Counted from the stretch's first letter, positions 53,046-64,000 are shown. The stretch is DNA of 64,000 bases from an uncultured delta proteobacterium (GCA_963790475.1 CAWBOS010000010.1:1504001-1568000); one strand, 5' to 3'. Made by a program: numbers and translations. Notes: generated by a model not told the origin, from the sequence alone.

Positions 53046-54134
53046 ATGATCGAAAAAAGAGTTTTTATCTTAGGGGCGGGTAGTTCGATTGCGATAAGTG
53101 GAGGAAATTTTCCAACGGTAAACGACTTTTTTATTTCAGCACAACATTTGGGATTAACCAAGAGCCCCGAATTTGAAGAAATTAAGAAATTCTTTCTAAA
53201 ATCTCTTGGGTTAAATTTATCCGGAAGGATAAACATTGAAGATTTGTTCACTCATATTGAGATAGAACTTGAACGTTTCGACTCTCCAGAAATTAATAAA
53301 ATCCGCATACAGTTGCTCAAACTCATAAGAGAAATCCTTATCGGATTAGAGAAAGAAATAAAGAATAATCTCAAACTGGATGAGGTTCTTAATCAAAAAT
53401 GGAAAATCCGGGAGACCGATACACTTATTACTTTTAATTGGGATCTACTTCTTGATGATATGTTCGAACGGAAAAATATTTTGAATGATCATCGAAAGAA
53501 TTACCATGTTGGATATTCCCTTCCTCAATACAGGAATTTTATAAAAAATTTATCCGTACACAGCGAATTTAGTATAGATCATATGTCAATTAGCGATCCA
53601 TATATTAAATGGGATTCAAGTAATGGATATATCTTAAAATTGCATGGATTTGTTGATTGGTTCCATTGCATAAATGAAAAATGCCGAGGATGGCAAAAAG
53701 TTTTTCCTTTATCCAAACCCCTCCAGACTCATAATTGTTCCGAATGTCATGAACCTTTGGAGAATCTCCTTATTCCCCCTATTCTTAATAAAACCTATCG
53801 ACAATATTCTTTTATACGAAGGATATGGAATTTAGCAGCTCAAGAGGTCCGATCCGCCACCGAAATTATTGTTTGGGGTTATAGCCTTCCTCCCACGGAT
53901 TTCTATAGCAAATGGCTTCTTAGACAAGCCCGAACAAATTTATTAAAAAAAATGGTAATAATAAATCCATATCTCCTATTGGGTAAAAAAGATAAAAAGA
54001 TAAGAAAATCCTTTTTAAAAAATTTTTCAGAAATATTTAATGGAATCGAAAACCTTGAAATTACATTATATGAGTTCTTTGATGATTATTGCAAGGGGTT
54101 AGATATAAAGAAAAAGTATAAACTTTCTATTTAA
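53046..54134 (+). CDS. SIR2-like domain protein
   Basis: FILGAGSS, ITFNWDLLL, LKLHG, IPP, WGYSLPPTD motifs plus CxxxxC...CxxC zinc site. Confidence 0.85.
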   Translation: MIEKRVFILGAGSSIAISGGNFPTVNDFFISAQHLGLTKSPEFEEIKKFFLKSLGLNLSGRINIEDLFTHIEIELERFDSPEINKIRIQLLKLIREILIGLEKEIKNNLKLDEVLNQKWKIRETDTLITFNWDLLLDDMFERKNILNDHRKNYHVGYSLPQYRNFIKNLSVHSEFSIDHMSISDPYIKWDSSNGYILKLHGFVDWFHCINEKCRGWQKVFPLSKPLQTHNCSECHEPLENLLIPPILNKTYRQYSFIRRIWNLAAQEVRSATEIIVWGYSLPPTDFYSKWLLRQARTNLLKKMVIINPYLLLGKKDKKIRKSFLKNFSEIFNGIENLEITLYEFFDDYCKGLDIKKKYKLSI

Positions 54135-54150
54135 ATTATTATAGAAGAAA

Positions 54151-56909
54151 ATGGATAAACGCTTTATCGAAGAAAGCTTTCCCGTAAAAGAGGTCAGTGT
54201 CGAGTCGGCCAAGGAGAAAAATATCCGCCATGGCCATATTTCCACCCTGCATATCTGGTGGGCCAGGCGTCCTTTGGCTTCCTCACGGCCACCAACTATG
54301 CGGCTTTGATACCTCCTGCCAAAACCCCCGAAGAATGGAACCAGCAGCGGAACTTCATCATTGAATTTTCAAAATGGGAGAATTCCTTGAACGGGCAAAT
54401 GATCCAAAAGGCTCGTGAGGACATCCTAAAGGCCAATGGGGGAAAGCCCCCGAAAGTCCTGGACCCTTTTGGCGGTGGAGGTGCTATTCCTTTGGAAGCC
54501 CTTCGTCTCGGATGCGAAGTTTATTCGAACGACTACAACCCAGTGGCTGTATTGATTCAGAAATGTACGCTTGAGTATCCCCAGAAATATGGGCAAATGA
54601 CCGGCAAAGGTTCCACCTCACCTTCAAAGAATCCAAAACAGATGACAATGCTGATGGACGAGCAGATGGAATCTGGCAGAAAATGTAACCTTCTGGATGA
54701 TGTCAAAAAGTGGGGGACCTGGGTCCTGGAGGAAACCAGAAAGGAAATCGGTAAGTATTACCCCCCCGACCCTGATGGATCGATCCCAGTTGGCTATATC
54801 TGGGCCAAGACCATACCTTGTCAAAACCCGGCCTGTAGGGCTGAAATCCCGCTGTTACGCCATCTCTGGTTGGCCAAGAAGGCTAATAACAAGGTGGCCC
54901 TATATCCCTACCCCGATGGGAAAGAAGTAAAGTTAAAAATTGTGGGGTCAGGGTATGAAAAAATGCCTCAAGGATTTAATCCTGATGACGGGACTACGGC
55001 CAAGGCTATAGTGACCTGCCCCGTCTGTGGATCATCGGTGGAGGCCAATAATACACGACGACTTTTTCAGGAAGGGAAAGCTGGACAACGACTGGTAGCA
55101 GTAGTCCTGCATAAATCGGGAGTGAGCGGGAAACGATATCGCTTGGCTACAGGAAAAGACCAGGAGATTTTTAACCAATCCGCCGTCAACTTGGAAGAAA
55201 AACGTCAAACCCTTATGAAGGAATGGGGTCTGGACCCAGTGCCGGATGAAGAGATACCTACAACTCCTTCAAATACAATGGGAGGAACAAATCGTGTTTT
55301 AAACTATAAAATAAAAACTTGGGGGGATCTTTTCAACTCACGACAAAAACTCGCCCTTATTACATTCGTTGACCAGGTTCGTCAAAGCTGGGAGAAAATA
55401 AAAGAAGAGACGAAGGATGAGGATTATGCCAAGGCAGTTGTTAGTTACTTATCTCTTAGTGTTAACAAAATCGTTGACTCATGTAGCTCATTATGTAGGT
55501 GGAAACCTGATACAGTTCAAGTAATACCCGGATTAAGTGGCAGACAAGCAATCTCCATGATTTGGGATTATTTTGAACTAAACCCAATATCGGGAATAAG
55601 TAGAAGCTGGGATAAGACTTTAGATGAATTGATGACAAGCTTTAAAATTCTTAATGGCCTTGAGAAGTTTGCCATCGTATCACAATCTTCGGCCACTAAC
55701 CTTCTGCACACCGATAATTTCTTTGATGCTGTTTTTACAGATCCGCCTTATTATGACAATGTCCCATACTCTTATCTCTCCGATTTCTTCTATGTCTGGT
55801 TGAAACGTTCACTGGGGTCCGTTTACCCAGAATTATTCTCAACTCCACTGGTTCCCAAAAAACAGGAGATCGTAGCCTACTCCAACGGCCCCGGAGGAAG
55901 GGAAGACGGCAAAGCCTTTTTTGAAGAGATGCTAAAAAAATCTTTCCAGGAAATCCATAGAACTTTGAAACCGAAAGGAATTGCAGTAATCGTTTATGCT
56001 CATAAATCAACTAAAGGCTGGGAGAGTTTGATCAACTCTTTGCTCGACTCGGGCTTGGTCATAACCGGTGCTTGGCCAATTCGTACCGAAATGCAGGCTC
56101 GAATGAACGCCCAGGAAACTGCCTCACTGGCATCTTCAATATATATAATCGCTCGAAAAATGAAACGTGAAGCCACAGGGTTTTACAATAAAGTAAAAGA
56201 AGACCTTCAGGTCCATCTGAAGACCAAGCTGGATCGTCTCTGGCAGGAAGGTATCGGTGGAGCGGATTTTTTTATTTCTGCCATTGGATCAGCTATAGAA
56301 ATATTTGGTAAATATGAAAAGATCATGGACTACGAAGGGAATCTGATCCGGGCCGACCGTCTGCTGGAGGACATCCGGGGGATCACCACCGATTACGCTG
56401 TCCGCCAGATCCTCCACAATGGTTTTGCCGAAGAGATTACCGACCTCACCCGGTTTTACGTTCTGTACCGCTGGAATTATGGCAAGGCCAAAATACTTTT
56501 CGACGAGGCCCAGAAATTGGCCAAGGGTTGTAGTATGGACCTATCAAAAGAATGGGGCCGCCATGGCTTCATTAAGAAAGAGAAAGAATTCATTCATATC
56601 CTTGGTCCCGAAGAACGGAAATTGGAAGACTTTAAAAATTCCAGGGAGTTAATCGACGTGCTACACCATGTCCTTTTACTTTGGGAGAACAGCAAGCGAG
56701 ATAACCTAATCACTGTTTTAAAAGAAACCGGGTTCGGAAATCGAGAAGCTTTCTATCGGGTGGCACAAGCCGTATCGGAGACCTTGCCCTTGGAGAGTAA
56801 GGAGAAAAAACTCCTGGATGGGTTTCTTGCTGGTCGGGAAAAGGTTCAAGAGGCGGTAAGGGATATATCAATAATTAGAGAAGAACAGAAAGGGTTTAAA
56901 TTCGAATGA
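54151..56909 (+). CDS. DUF1156-family DNA adenine methyltransferase, frameshifted near 54287
   Basis: MDKRFIEESFP...LHIWWARRPLASSR in one frame, ATNYAALIP...DPFGGGG...TDPPYYD in the next. Confidence 0.9.
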
Positions 56910-59452
56910 AACCATTTCATGCCATAGCCATTCCAGATAAGGACATTCTGGAAGGTCGTTTGACCATGGATGTTTTTGCAGCCGATCTTTGGGAAACGTA
57001 TCAGGGCCGAGGCCACAAAGAATACAGGGATGCAGACCTCTTCTTCCGAAGAACCTATCTGACTCAAGGCCTCCAGAATTTGTTGTCTATCGTAGAAAAA
57101 AGGTTGGCTGGAAGAGGGGGAGATCCGTTTATTCGAATCCAGACCCCATTTGGAGGAGGGAAAACCCATACCTTGATTGCTTTGTTCCATAAAACCCAAG
57201 TCTGGAAAGCAAAAAAGGTAGTGGTCTCCGGTACAGCCCTGAACCCCAAGGAAACCTTGTGGGGGCTGATGGAGAAGCAGTTGACCGGGCGAATACAAAA
57301 ATTTTCCGACCCGGTCTCTCCAGGGAAAGAGGCCATCAGAGAACTGCTTGTTTCTCGGCAGCCTGTTCTGATTCTGATGGACGAAGTCCTCGAATATGTG
57401 ACCAAGGCCTCCGGGGTTAAGGTTGAAGAAAGCACCCTGGCCGCCCAAACGATAGCCTTTATCCAGGAACTGACCGAGACCGTCAGCACCCTGGATAAGA
57501 CCTGCCTGGTGGTCACTCTGCCTTCGAGTGTGATCGAGCATTACGACGATAGGGCCGACAAGCTTTTCCAACAACTGCAAAAGGTTTCCGGGCGAACGGA
57601 AAAGATTTACACCCCTGTCCAGGATGAGGAAATTACCCGGATCATAGGAAGGAGGATTTTCAGCCGGATTGACGAAGAAGAAGCAAAGAAGGTCGTGTTG
57701 GAATTCCTGGACTATGCGGAACGGGAAAGTCTTCTTCCACCGGGAGTACAGCCCAGTGAATACCGGGCTCAATTCATGGCCTCTTATCCCTTCTTGCCGG
57801 AAGTGATTGATGTCCTTTATCATCGGTGGGGAAGCTTTCCGACCTTTCAAAGGACCCGTGGGGTGCTCCGGCTCCTATCCCTGGTGATCCACAGCTTAAA
57901 GGAGAGCAACCAGCCTTACATCACCTTGGCCGATTTTGATCTGGCCAGACAGGAAATTAGGCAAGAACTGGTCAAGCATATCGGGATGCATTACAACGGG
58001 ATTATCGATGCGGATATCACCGGGGAAAAATCCAATGCCCGGAAGGTTAATTCGGCTCTCGGTAAGGCCTACCAGGGACTTAACCTGGGTTGCAGGGCGG
58101 CCACGACCATCTTTATGCATTCCTTCTCCGGCGGCCAGGACCATGGCCTCAACATGGTGGAAATAAAAAGGCAAGCGACTACTATGGAGAATCCTTCCAG
58201 TGTGGTGGCCGAAGCCGCGGACCAGTTAACCGGGAAGCTTTTCTACCTTCAAAGCTTCGGGGACAAGTATTATTTCAGTAATCAGCCCAACCTGAACAGT
58301 ATCCGCCTGGCCAAGATGGAAAACATCAAAAACCCGGAAATACAGACAGTGGAAAAAGATCTCCTCAAGTCGAACCTGGCCGGGGGCAAACTTAAGACCT
58401 TTATCTGGGAAGAGACTCCTGGCAACATCGCCGATACGGAAGACCTAAAGCTGGTAGTCATAAAAAATGGGACCCTTGAGGTCATAGACAGCATTCTTAA
58501 AACAAAAGGCCAAACTCCCCGAGTTTTCCGAAATACCATTTTCTTTCTTTATCCCCACGAAATGGAACGTCCACATTTTGAACAGACGGTTAGGCAGAAA
58601 CTGGCCTGCGAGGCCATTGAAGAGGACAAGACCCTGAACCTATCCGAGGATCAGCGTAAAAAGAACCGCCAGGAATTGAAGAAGTCCGAGGATAACCTTA
58701 AGGAAGCCATCCGACGGTTATACCGGACGATTGCTGTTCCCGTAAAAGACGGGACTAATGAAATTGATTTGGGAATACCTACGTTCGGGGAGGTCAAAGC
58801 CCTGGACCAGGAGATTTACGAAAAGCTTAGGACTGGGGGAGAGATCCTGGAGAAGGTTGCTCCCCTGGTTCTAAAGGAAAAATTTCTGGCAAATAGGGAC
58901 TATGTATTGACCGATCAGGTTTACCAGTCATCTATGAAGACCCCTGGAGAAACCCGCTTTTTCAATCGAGCTGTCCTGGAGCAAGGGATATCCGAAGGGG
59001 TCCGGAGCGGACTCTTCGGGTTGGGGGAACTGGAGGAGAACAGACCCGTTTGCCGTTTCTTCAAAGATAAAGAATTGCCTTCGGTTGCCCTGAGCGGGAA
59101 AGAAATCATGATCACCGAAGCGATCTGCCGGGAGCAGCAGAAAAAAGAGGAGGAACAAAAACTTTCTGTTCCCTACCCAGGTCCTGGAGGGAAGCCGGAG
59201 CCTCCCAAAGAAGCCGACTCCAAAAAAACGCTCCCCAGAGGACAGGTAATAAATAAAGTCGGAATAAAATTCGAACTCCCCAAGGGAAAAGTTTCCAACA
59301 TCATGGGGACCCTGAACTATTTACAAAGTAAATTTAATAAATTGGAAATCACCATAAAAGCCGAGGATGGCCAACTTACCGAGCAGGAATACGAAGACAA
59401 GATCGAGGAGGCCTTTACCCAATCGGGGATTGATGTAGAAGATATTGATTAG
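56906..59452 (+). CDS. DUF499-family AAA+ ATPase
   Basis: FAADL, TPFGGGKTH, LILMDE, YPFLPE, FQRTRGVLRLL, PNLN; overlaps the MTase stop (ATGA). Confidence 0.92.
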   Translation: MKPFHAIAIPDKDILEGRLTMDVFAADLWETYQGRGHKEYRDADLFFRRTYLTQGLQNLLSIVEKRLAGRGGDPFIRIQTPFGGGKTHTLIALFHKTQVWKAKKVVVSGTALNPKETLWGLMEKQLTGRIQKFSDPVSPGKEAIRELLVSRQPVLILMDEVLEYVTKASGVKVEESTLAAQTIAFIQELTETVSTLDKTCLVVTLPSSVIEHYDDRADKLFQQLQKVSGRTEKIYTPVQDEEITRIIGRRIFSRIDEEEAKKVVLEFLDYAERESLLPPGVQPSEYRAQFMASYPFLPEVIDVLYHRWGSFPTFQRTRGVLRLLSLVIHSLKESNQPYITLADFDLARQEIRQELVKHIGMHYNGIIDADITGEKSNARKVNSALGKAYQGLNLGCRAATTIFMHSFSGGQDHGLNMVEIKRQATTMENPSSVVAEAADQLTGKLFYLQSFGDKYYFSNQPNLNSIRLAKMENIKNPEIQTVEKDLLKSNLAGGKLKTFIWEETPGNIADTEDLKLVVIKNGTLEVIDSILKTKGQTPRVFRNTIFFLYPHEMERPHFEQTVRQKLACEAIEEDKTLNLSEDQRKKNRQELKKSEDNLKEAIRRLYRTIAVPVKDGTNEIDLGIPTFGEVKALDQEIYEKLRTGGEILEKVAPLVLKEKFLANRDYVLTDQVYQSSMKTPGETRFFNRAVLEQGISEGVRSGLFGLGELEENRPVCRFFKDKELPSVALSGKEIMITEAICREQQKKEEEQKLSVPYPGPGGKPEPPKEADSKKTLPRGQVINKVGIKFELPKGKVSNIMGTLNYLQSKFNKLEITIKAEDGQLTEQEYEDKIEEAFTQSGIDVEDID

Positions 59453-59517
59453 TCAACCTTTTCCCCACGTAGTTATATTTTTGAGGGACTTTTAATACCT
59501 TGATGAAGTCTTAAATC

Positions 59518-60432
59518 ATGACCGATTTGATTGAGCCCAAAGGCGATTACTGCATCGAAGTTCAATTTGAAAAAGGCACCGACCGCCCGGCAAGGGTCTT
59601 CCAGGCGATGTCGCAACTGATTGAGTCATTTCAAGCAGTAGATGGTGATCTTGCCAAATCAGTGGCAGCCAATATCGAGGCTGTCGTTGTCCTACAGGAA
59701 GTCGAAGCGGGCTCAATCCGAGCTTGGCTTGCAACAATCCTCAATTCAGTTGATGACGATGCTCTCAAGAACCTTGACTGGAAAAAGTGGGTGGGATCAT
59801 ACCTTTTAAAGGGAAAACGCAAGGTTGTTGAATTCCTCGAAGGCAAAGATCAAATCGAAAATCAAGCACAGCTCCGTGGCTTAGAAAATGGCCTCCTCAC
59901 GCTCGCCATGGAAACGCAAGTCCGACAGATTCCGGCCTACTCGCCAGTGCCATCACGACGCTTATTGGCAGACCTAAACTCCATAGGACAAGCACTTTCC
60001 CAGTTGTCGTCGAGCGACTCAGCAGCGATCATTATGCAAACTGACCGCTTCCCATTTAATCTCTCCTTCCGGGTGCCAGAGGCAACAATTGAAGAACTTC
60101 TAACCAATGAATCCCTTCATGGCGAAGTTGAGATGATCCTGAAAGTTAAAAAACCAGACTTTTTAGGCAGTTCCATGTGGGAATTTCGCCATGAGAAACG
60201 GGTCATTGAGGCTAAGGTTGTTGATAAGATCTGGCTTCAAAAATTTCAGAGTCGTGAAGTTCTTGTCAGGCCAGGCGACTCAATTCACGCCCGTGTTTCA
60301 ACAACAGTGTTTTACGATCAATACGGTGAAGTTGTATCTCAACGTTTCGATGTGACTGAGGTCATAAAGATAATACCTCTTCCCCCATGGGATCAGAATA
60401 CGCAGTTACCCCTTAATCTTAGCGAAACATAG
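59518..60432 (+). CDS. Hypothetical protein
   Basis: 304-aa ORF in the defence island; no family recognised with confidence. Confidence 0.75.
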   Translation: MTDLIEPKGDYCIEVQFEKGTDRPARVFQAMSQLIESFQAVDGDLAKSVAANIEAVVVLQEVEAGSIRAWLATILNSVDDDALKNLDWKKWVGSYLLKGKRKVVEFLEGKDQIENQAQLRGLENGLLTLAMETQVRQIPAYSPVPSRRLLADLNSIGQALSQLSSSDSAAIIMQTDRFPFNLSFRVPEATIEELLTNESLHGEVEMILKVKKPDFLGSSMWEFRHEKRVIEAKVVDKIWLQKFQSREVLVRPGDSIHARVSTTVFYDQYGEVVSQRFDVTEVIKIIPLPPWDQNTQLPLNLSET

Positions 60433-60469
60433 ATAATTCTATTCTTTTCATGTATGTGGGTCTGAAAAC

Positions 60470-61184
60470 ATGAGAATGACCCCGGAGATTGCTGAGATCC
60501 TCAAGTTCTACGTGTACCTATATACTGACCCACGTGACGGCCGACCATTCTATCTCGGCAAAGGGCCAGGGCAACCGACTATTCTCCCATCTTGAAGACA
60601 CATCGGAGACAGAGAAGACAGAAATAATCTCGGCTATACGAAAATCGGGGCAGGAACCGCAAATTGATATAATTCGATATGGCCTAACTGATCCAGAGGC
60701 GAAGCTGGTCGAAGCATCCGCCATTGATCTTATCGGGCTATCGCACCTCTCAAACAAGGTCGCCGGTCATCACGAGAAATCATTTGGACGGATTGGGTCA
60801 AGGGAGATCATCGCAATGCTGAGTGCTAAGCCGGTACGTGTACGTCACAAGTCTATTCTTATCACGATCAACAAGCTTTATAGAAGCGACATGACGGCCT
60901 TAGAATTGTACGAGGCAACCCGAGGCATTTGGGTCGTTGGACCTCGGCGTGAGAATGCTGATTATGGGATGGCGGTCTACCAAGGTATTGTCAGAGAAGT
61001 TTACAAGATACAAAAATGGCATCCAGCGGGAACGCTCAAATACCAAACTCGCGACTCGAAAGGATTCAAGTCGAGCGGGCGATGGGAATTTGAGGGAATT
61101 GTGGCAACTGAAATCCGAGACGAATACGTGGGATACTCTGTAGGCATGGGTGGTCGAAATCCAATCCGGTACAAGAACATATGA
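60470..61184 (+). CDS. LEM-3-like GIY-YIG domain protein, frameshifted at 60566
   Basis: FYVYLYTDPRDGRPFYLGKG then shifted frame QGNRLFSHL...VEASAID...LSNKVAG. Confidence 0.8.
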
Positions 61185-61197
61185 AAAGGTAACCATC

Positions 61198-61257
61198 GTC
61201 TAATCCGTGGGGGCTCACCGACGGTGGGTTCGCCGCTTGGTGAGGCATAGGGTTTTG
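61198..61257 (+). other. Degenerate attC-like site
   Basis: GTCTAAT shortly after the stop, CTCACC...GGTGAG inner inverted repeat, GTT at the end. Confidence 0.45.
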
Positions 61258-61278
61258 TGGGAAGATAGGGGCAATAGC

Positions 61279-61851
61279 TTGAATCCAAAATATCTTGGCG
61301 ACTCCTATGATATCGTAAAACAAAGCCTACTGAGGTGGCTATCAGCCTTAGGGCCGTGGTACACCCATCCGATGTTTACAGAGCCCCTTACTCCAGACCA
61401 GACAGACATTTATTCCCGTCTTTTAAGCACTCATCTCCTGTCTTCTAAAACACTAACTCCTGGAACTGATCGAAATACCTACATTGAACCAGCTCGAAAA
61501 TGCACTGATCATGTCTTCCTTGATCCGGACATAGGGGTTCGCCTTAATCCCATCAGAGGGGCGAAGGCACCCCGATACCTTTTCAGTACCGAGTTGATTG
61601 AAATTGTAGAGGCCGGGCCTGAAAGGCTCGTTCTCGTTTTCGACCAGTCAATTGCCAGGGGTGAAGAACGTAAGGAACTTGAAAACAAACTGAAGATCTT
61701 CGCTAAACAGGGCATTCTGGGTATCGCTTATGTCTCCCATGCCTGCTTTATTCTCATGGGGAAGAATCGGGGGTTACTTGAGTCGGCGTTTGAGACACTA
61801 AAGAAGGAATCACGGTTGCCGGAAAGTCGATTTGTCATTGAAGTTTTATAA
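61279..61851 (+). CDS. Hypothetical protein
   Basis: TTG start (MNPKYLGDSYDIVK), VFLDPDIG motif reminiscent of methyltransferase-like folds. Confidence 0.65.
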   Translation: MNPKYLGDSYDIVKQSLLRWLSALGPWYTHPMFTEPLTPDQTDIYSRLLSTHLLSSKTLTPGTDRNTYIEPARKCTDHVFLDPDIGVRLNPIRGAKAPRYLFSTELIEIVEAGPERLVLVFDQSIARGEERKELENKLKIFAKQGILGIAYVSHACFILMGKNRGLLESAFETLKKESRLPESRFVIEVL

Positions 61852-61949
61852 TCAGACATAGTCGTCGGTAAACCCCGAACGCCCTCCCAAGGACCACAAC
61901 CAGTTTTAGAACGGAACGTTTTTCATCTCAAACGATTTCGGAGGTTAAT

Positions 61950-63725
61950 ATGGCAAAAAAGAAATTGAACGAGAAAGATCTAAAGCGAGAATTACAAGGG
62001 TTCAGGGAGCAATTTCCCCGCCTTGCCGAAGATGAACTATTCGTTTTATGGTTCATTAGGGCTTTTGTGACTGAGAACGAGGAAGCAGCCGTCAATGCTC
62101 TAACGGGGACTTCCGGAGACAAAGGTACCGACGCCATACTTATTCTTGATAAATCAAAGGATGTCTATATTATTCAGGGAAAATATAGAGAAATAATCAA
62201 TCACAAGGCCGAAAATCGTAGTGATATTATTAGTTTTGCTGACATAGCTATAAATTTATCCGCTCCGAAAAAAACCTTTGATTCATTTTTAGAGGGGATG
62301 GCTCAAGTAGTCCAAGAACGTATGAAGGAGGCCAGAGAGAGAATCGTAAAAAGAGATTATAGACTTCAACTCTACTATGCCACCCTCGGAAAATGTAGTG
62401 AAGACTTAGAAAAAGAAGCCATCAACATCGTAAGGAGAGCAAAGTGCCACGCAGGCATTGAAATCTGCGGAGGCCAAAGGATCATGCTTTTGCTTGCAGA
62501 CTATCTCGAAGGAGTAGCACCTCCTGTTCCTTCTTTGGATCTTGAGATGGAATCTGGTCATGGGGTTGTTATGAAAGGGATACTCCAAAGGCATGACAAA
62601 AAGACTGATATAGAGTCCTGGATTTTCTCTATGTCAGGGCAAGCTGTTGCAGAGATTTTTGAAAGAACAGGCCCCAGAATTTTTGCAAGGAACGTAAGAG
62701 GCTTCTTGGAGAATACTGATGTCAACAAGAGTATGGTAATAACCCTTAAGCATGAGCCTGAATTCTTTTGGTATTACAATAATGGTATTACGATAGTCTG
62801 TGATTCTGCTGAACAGAGGAGCAGTAGCGGTAAAGATATCCTTCACGTTGATAATCCACAGATCATTAATGGGCAGCAAACAACGCGAACACTTCATCGA
62901 ATGTTTGAGATGTCTGCTAAGGCAAGCGTTCCTGTCAGAGTTATTCGAGTCCTTCGTGACCCGAAGTCGGATCATGAAAATTTTGAGAACTTGGTGTCAT
63001 GCATTGTAAGGGCCACCAATTGGCAAAATGCAATACAGGCTTCAGATCTTGTGTCTAACGACAGACGACAGATTGAGATAGAAAGGGCTTTAAGGAAGAT
63101 TGGCTATCTGTATATGCGAAAACGTCAGGCAAAATCAGAGGTAAGGGGTGCTGCTGGGGCCAATAAGTTCTGGACTGTATCCAAGGAGGAGATTGCCCAA
63201 GCGGTTGCCTCATGCGATCTGGATCCGGTTACTCTTCGACTCGGAAAAGGAAAACTTTTTGAAGAGGAATACTATAAAACCATATTCCCGAACGCGAATC
63301 CAGACTATTACTTAACCAGATATTGGCTTATGAAGAGGGCGGCTCAAGCAGCAAAGGGGTATCCCGAAAGAGCTTATGCTAAGTGGCTGGTGATCTACTT
63401 TCTTTGGTCTAATCTTAATCCGATAATCAGGTCAGGCAATCCTGCCAGAGTCTTCAGACAAGCATGCGAAAAAAATGGCCCCCTTATTGTACCGCTCAAA
63501 AGATCTACTAACTCAGTATTCAACGCTGCTTTAGCTTTCTATAGGCATAAAAGAGGCAAGGGTGCAACAGCAATAGATGTTTCTTCCTTTTTTAGGAGAA
63601 AAGGGCTTCCGAGTGATTTCCTTCAATTCTGGAGTAGCAATCGGAATAAGCATAGAAGGACCTTTGAGAAATCATGGCAGAAATTCAGAAAGAGTTTAGA
63701 GGAAGCTCCTCTGAGAGTAATGTGA
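61950..63725 (+). CDS. AIPR-family (abortive infection phage resistance) protein
   Basis: IFARNVRGFL, FWYYNNGITIVC, QIINGQQT, ATNWQN motifs. Confidence 0.9.
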   Translation: MAKKKLNEKDLKRELQGFREQFPRLAEDELFVLWFIRAFVTENEEAAVNALTGTSGDKGTDAILILDKSKDVYIIQGKYREIINHKAENRSDIISFADIAINLSAPKKTFDSFLEGMAQVVQERMKEARERIVKRDYRLQLYYATLGKCSEDLEKEAINIVRRAKCHAGIEICGGQRIMLLLADYLEGVAPPVPSLDLEMESGHGVVMKGILQRHDKKTDIESWIFSMSGQAVAEIFERTGPRIFARNVRGFLENTDVNKSMVITLKHEPEFFWYYNNGITIVCDSAEQRSSSGKDILHVDNPQIINGQQTTRTLHRMFEMSAKASVPVRVIRVLRDPKSDHENFENLVSCIVRATNWQNAIQASDLVSNDRRQIEIERALRKIGYLYMRKRQAKSEVRGAAGANKFWTVSKEEIAQAVASCDLDPVTLRLGKGKLFEEEYYKTIFPNANPDYYLTRYWLMKRAAQAAKGYPERAYAKWLVIYFLWSNLNPIIRSGNPARVFRQACEKNGPLIVPLKRSTNSVFNAALAFYRHKRGKGATAIDVSSFFRRKGLPSDFLQFWSSNRNKHRRTFEKSWQKFRKSLEEAPLRVM

Positions 63726-64000
63726 GTGATAGGGGGAACTGAGACGGAGACTCTTCTGATCATCAAGTCCAAAGAACCATGCCAGATCAGGCTAAACCAG
63801 GAACTAATGATCGTATGTCAACCAGACAGACTCAGAGCCACCGCTTCATCGCGGAACACTTCCAGGTCCAGGTCGAAGTGTTTAAAGTCCAGGTTATGAG
63901 TCCGACCCTTGAGTAACTTTTTCTCTGTGCCATAAAATAATAATAAAGTAAGTAAGTTACAGCTATTGCCAGAAAGTTGTTTTTCTATATACTATGAAGG

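Noticed and set aside
53046-54134. Thoeris call (SIR2 plus TIR-like genes)
   Set aside because: No SLOG or macro domain on the SIR2 protein, and the TIR-like genes are several kb away.
49682-59452. Canonical BREX or DISARM
   Set aside because: No PglZ, BrxA/B/L, DUF1998 or PLD gene; the content fits the DUF499/DUF1156 type.
32247-64000. attR direct repeat of the tRNA-Ala 3' end
   Set aside because: Not found by eye; the element's right boundary is left open.

Overview
Bacterial chromosomal window; the gene content suggests an anaerobic Desulfobacterota/deltaproteobacterium (inference). 1-31 kb is a patchwork of redox and housekeeping genes (Mo/W oxidoreductases, CooC-type ATPase, Fe-S proteins, tatA, usp, nitroreductase, carboxyl transferase, LivK-type binding proteins, groESL with a CIRCE-like operator, chromate transporter) mixed with many gene fragments, an ORF-less group II intron and a four-copy promoter-shaped repeat. 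Divergent tRNA-Leu(CAA) and tRNA-Ala(GGC) genes at 32 kb form an integration hotspot: a decayed island lies left of tRNA-Leu and a phage-satellite-like element (integrase, XRE, excisionase, iteron arrays, primase-helicase, no capsid or terminase genes) lies right of tRNA-Ala. It is followed by a 41-bp TIR-only insertion and three orphan tRNA 3' fragments. 42.5-63.7 kb is a co-oriented defence island: single-gene units separated by decayed attC-like sites (NDT/TIR-like, HEPN-like, PD-(D/E)XK, GIY-YIG, AIPR) around a SNF2 helicase / DUF1156 methyltransferase / DUF499 ATPase restriction-like system with an AT-rich SIR2-family gene inserted inside it. Several genes carry single-base frameshifts that could be real or assembly errors. 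All calls come from reading motifs by eye; no searches were run.
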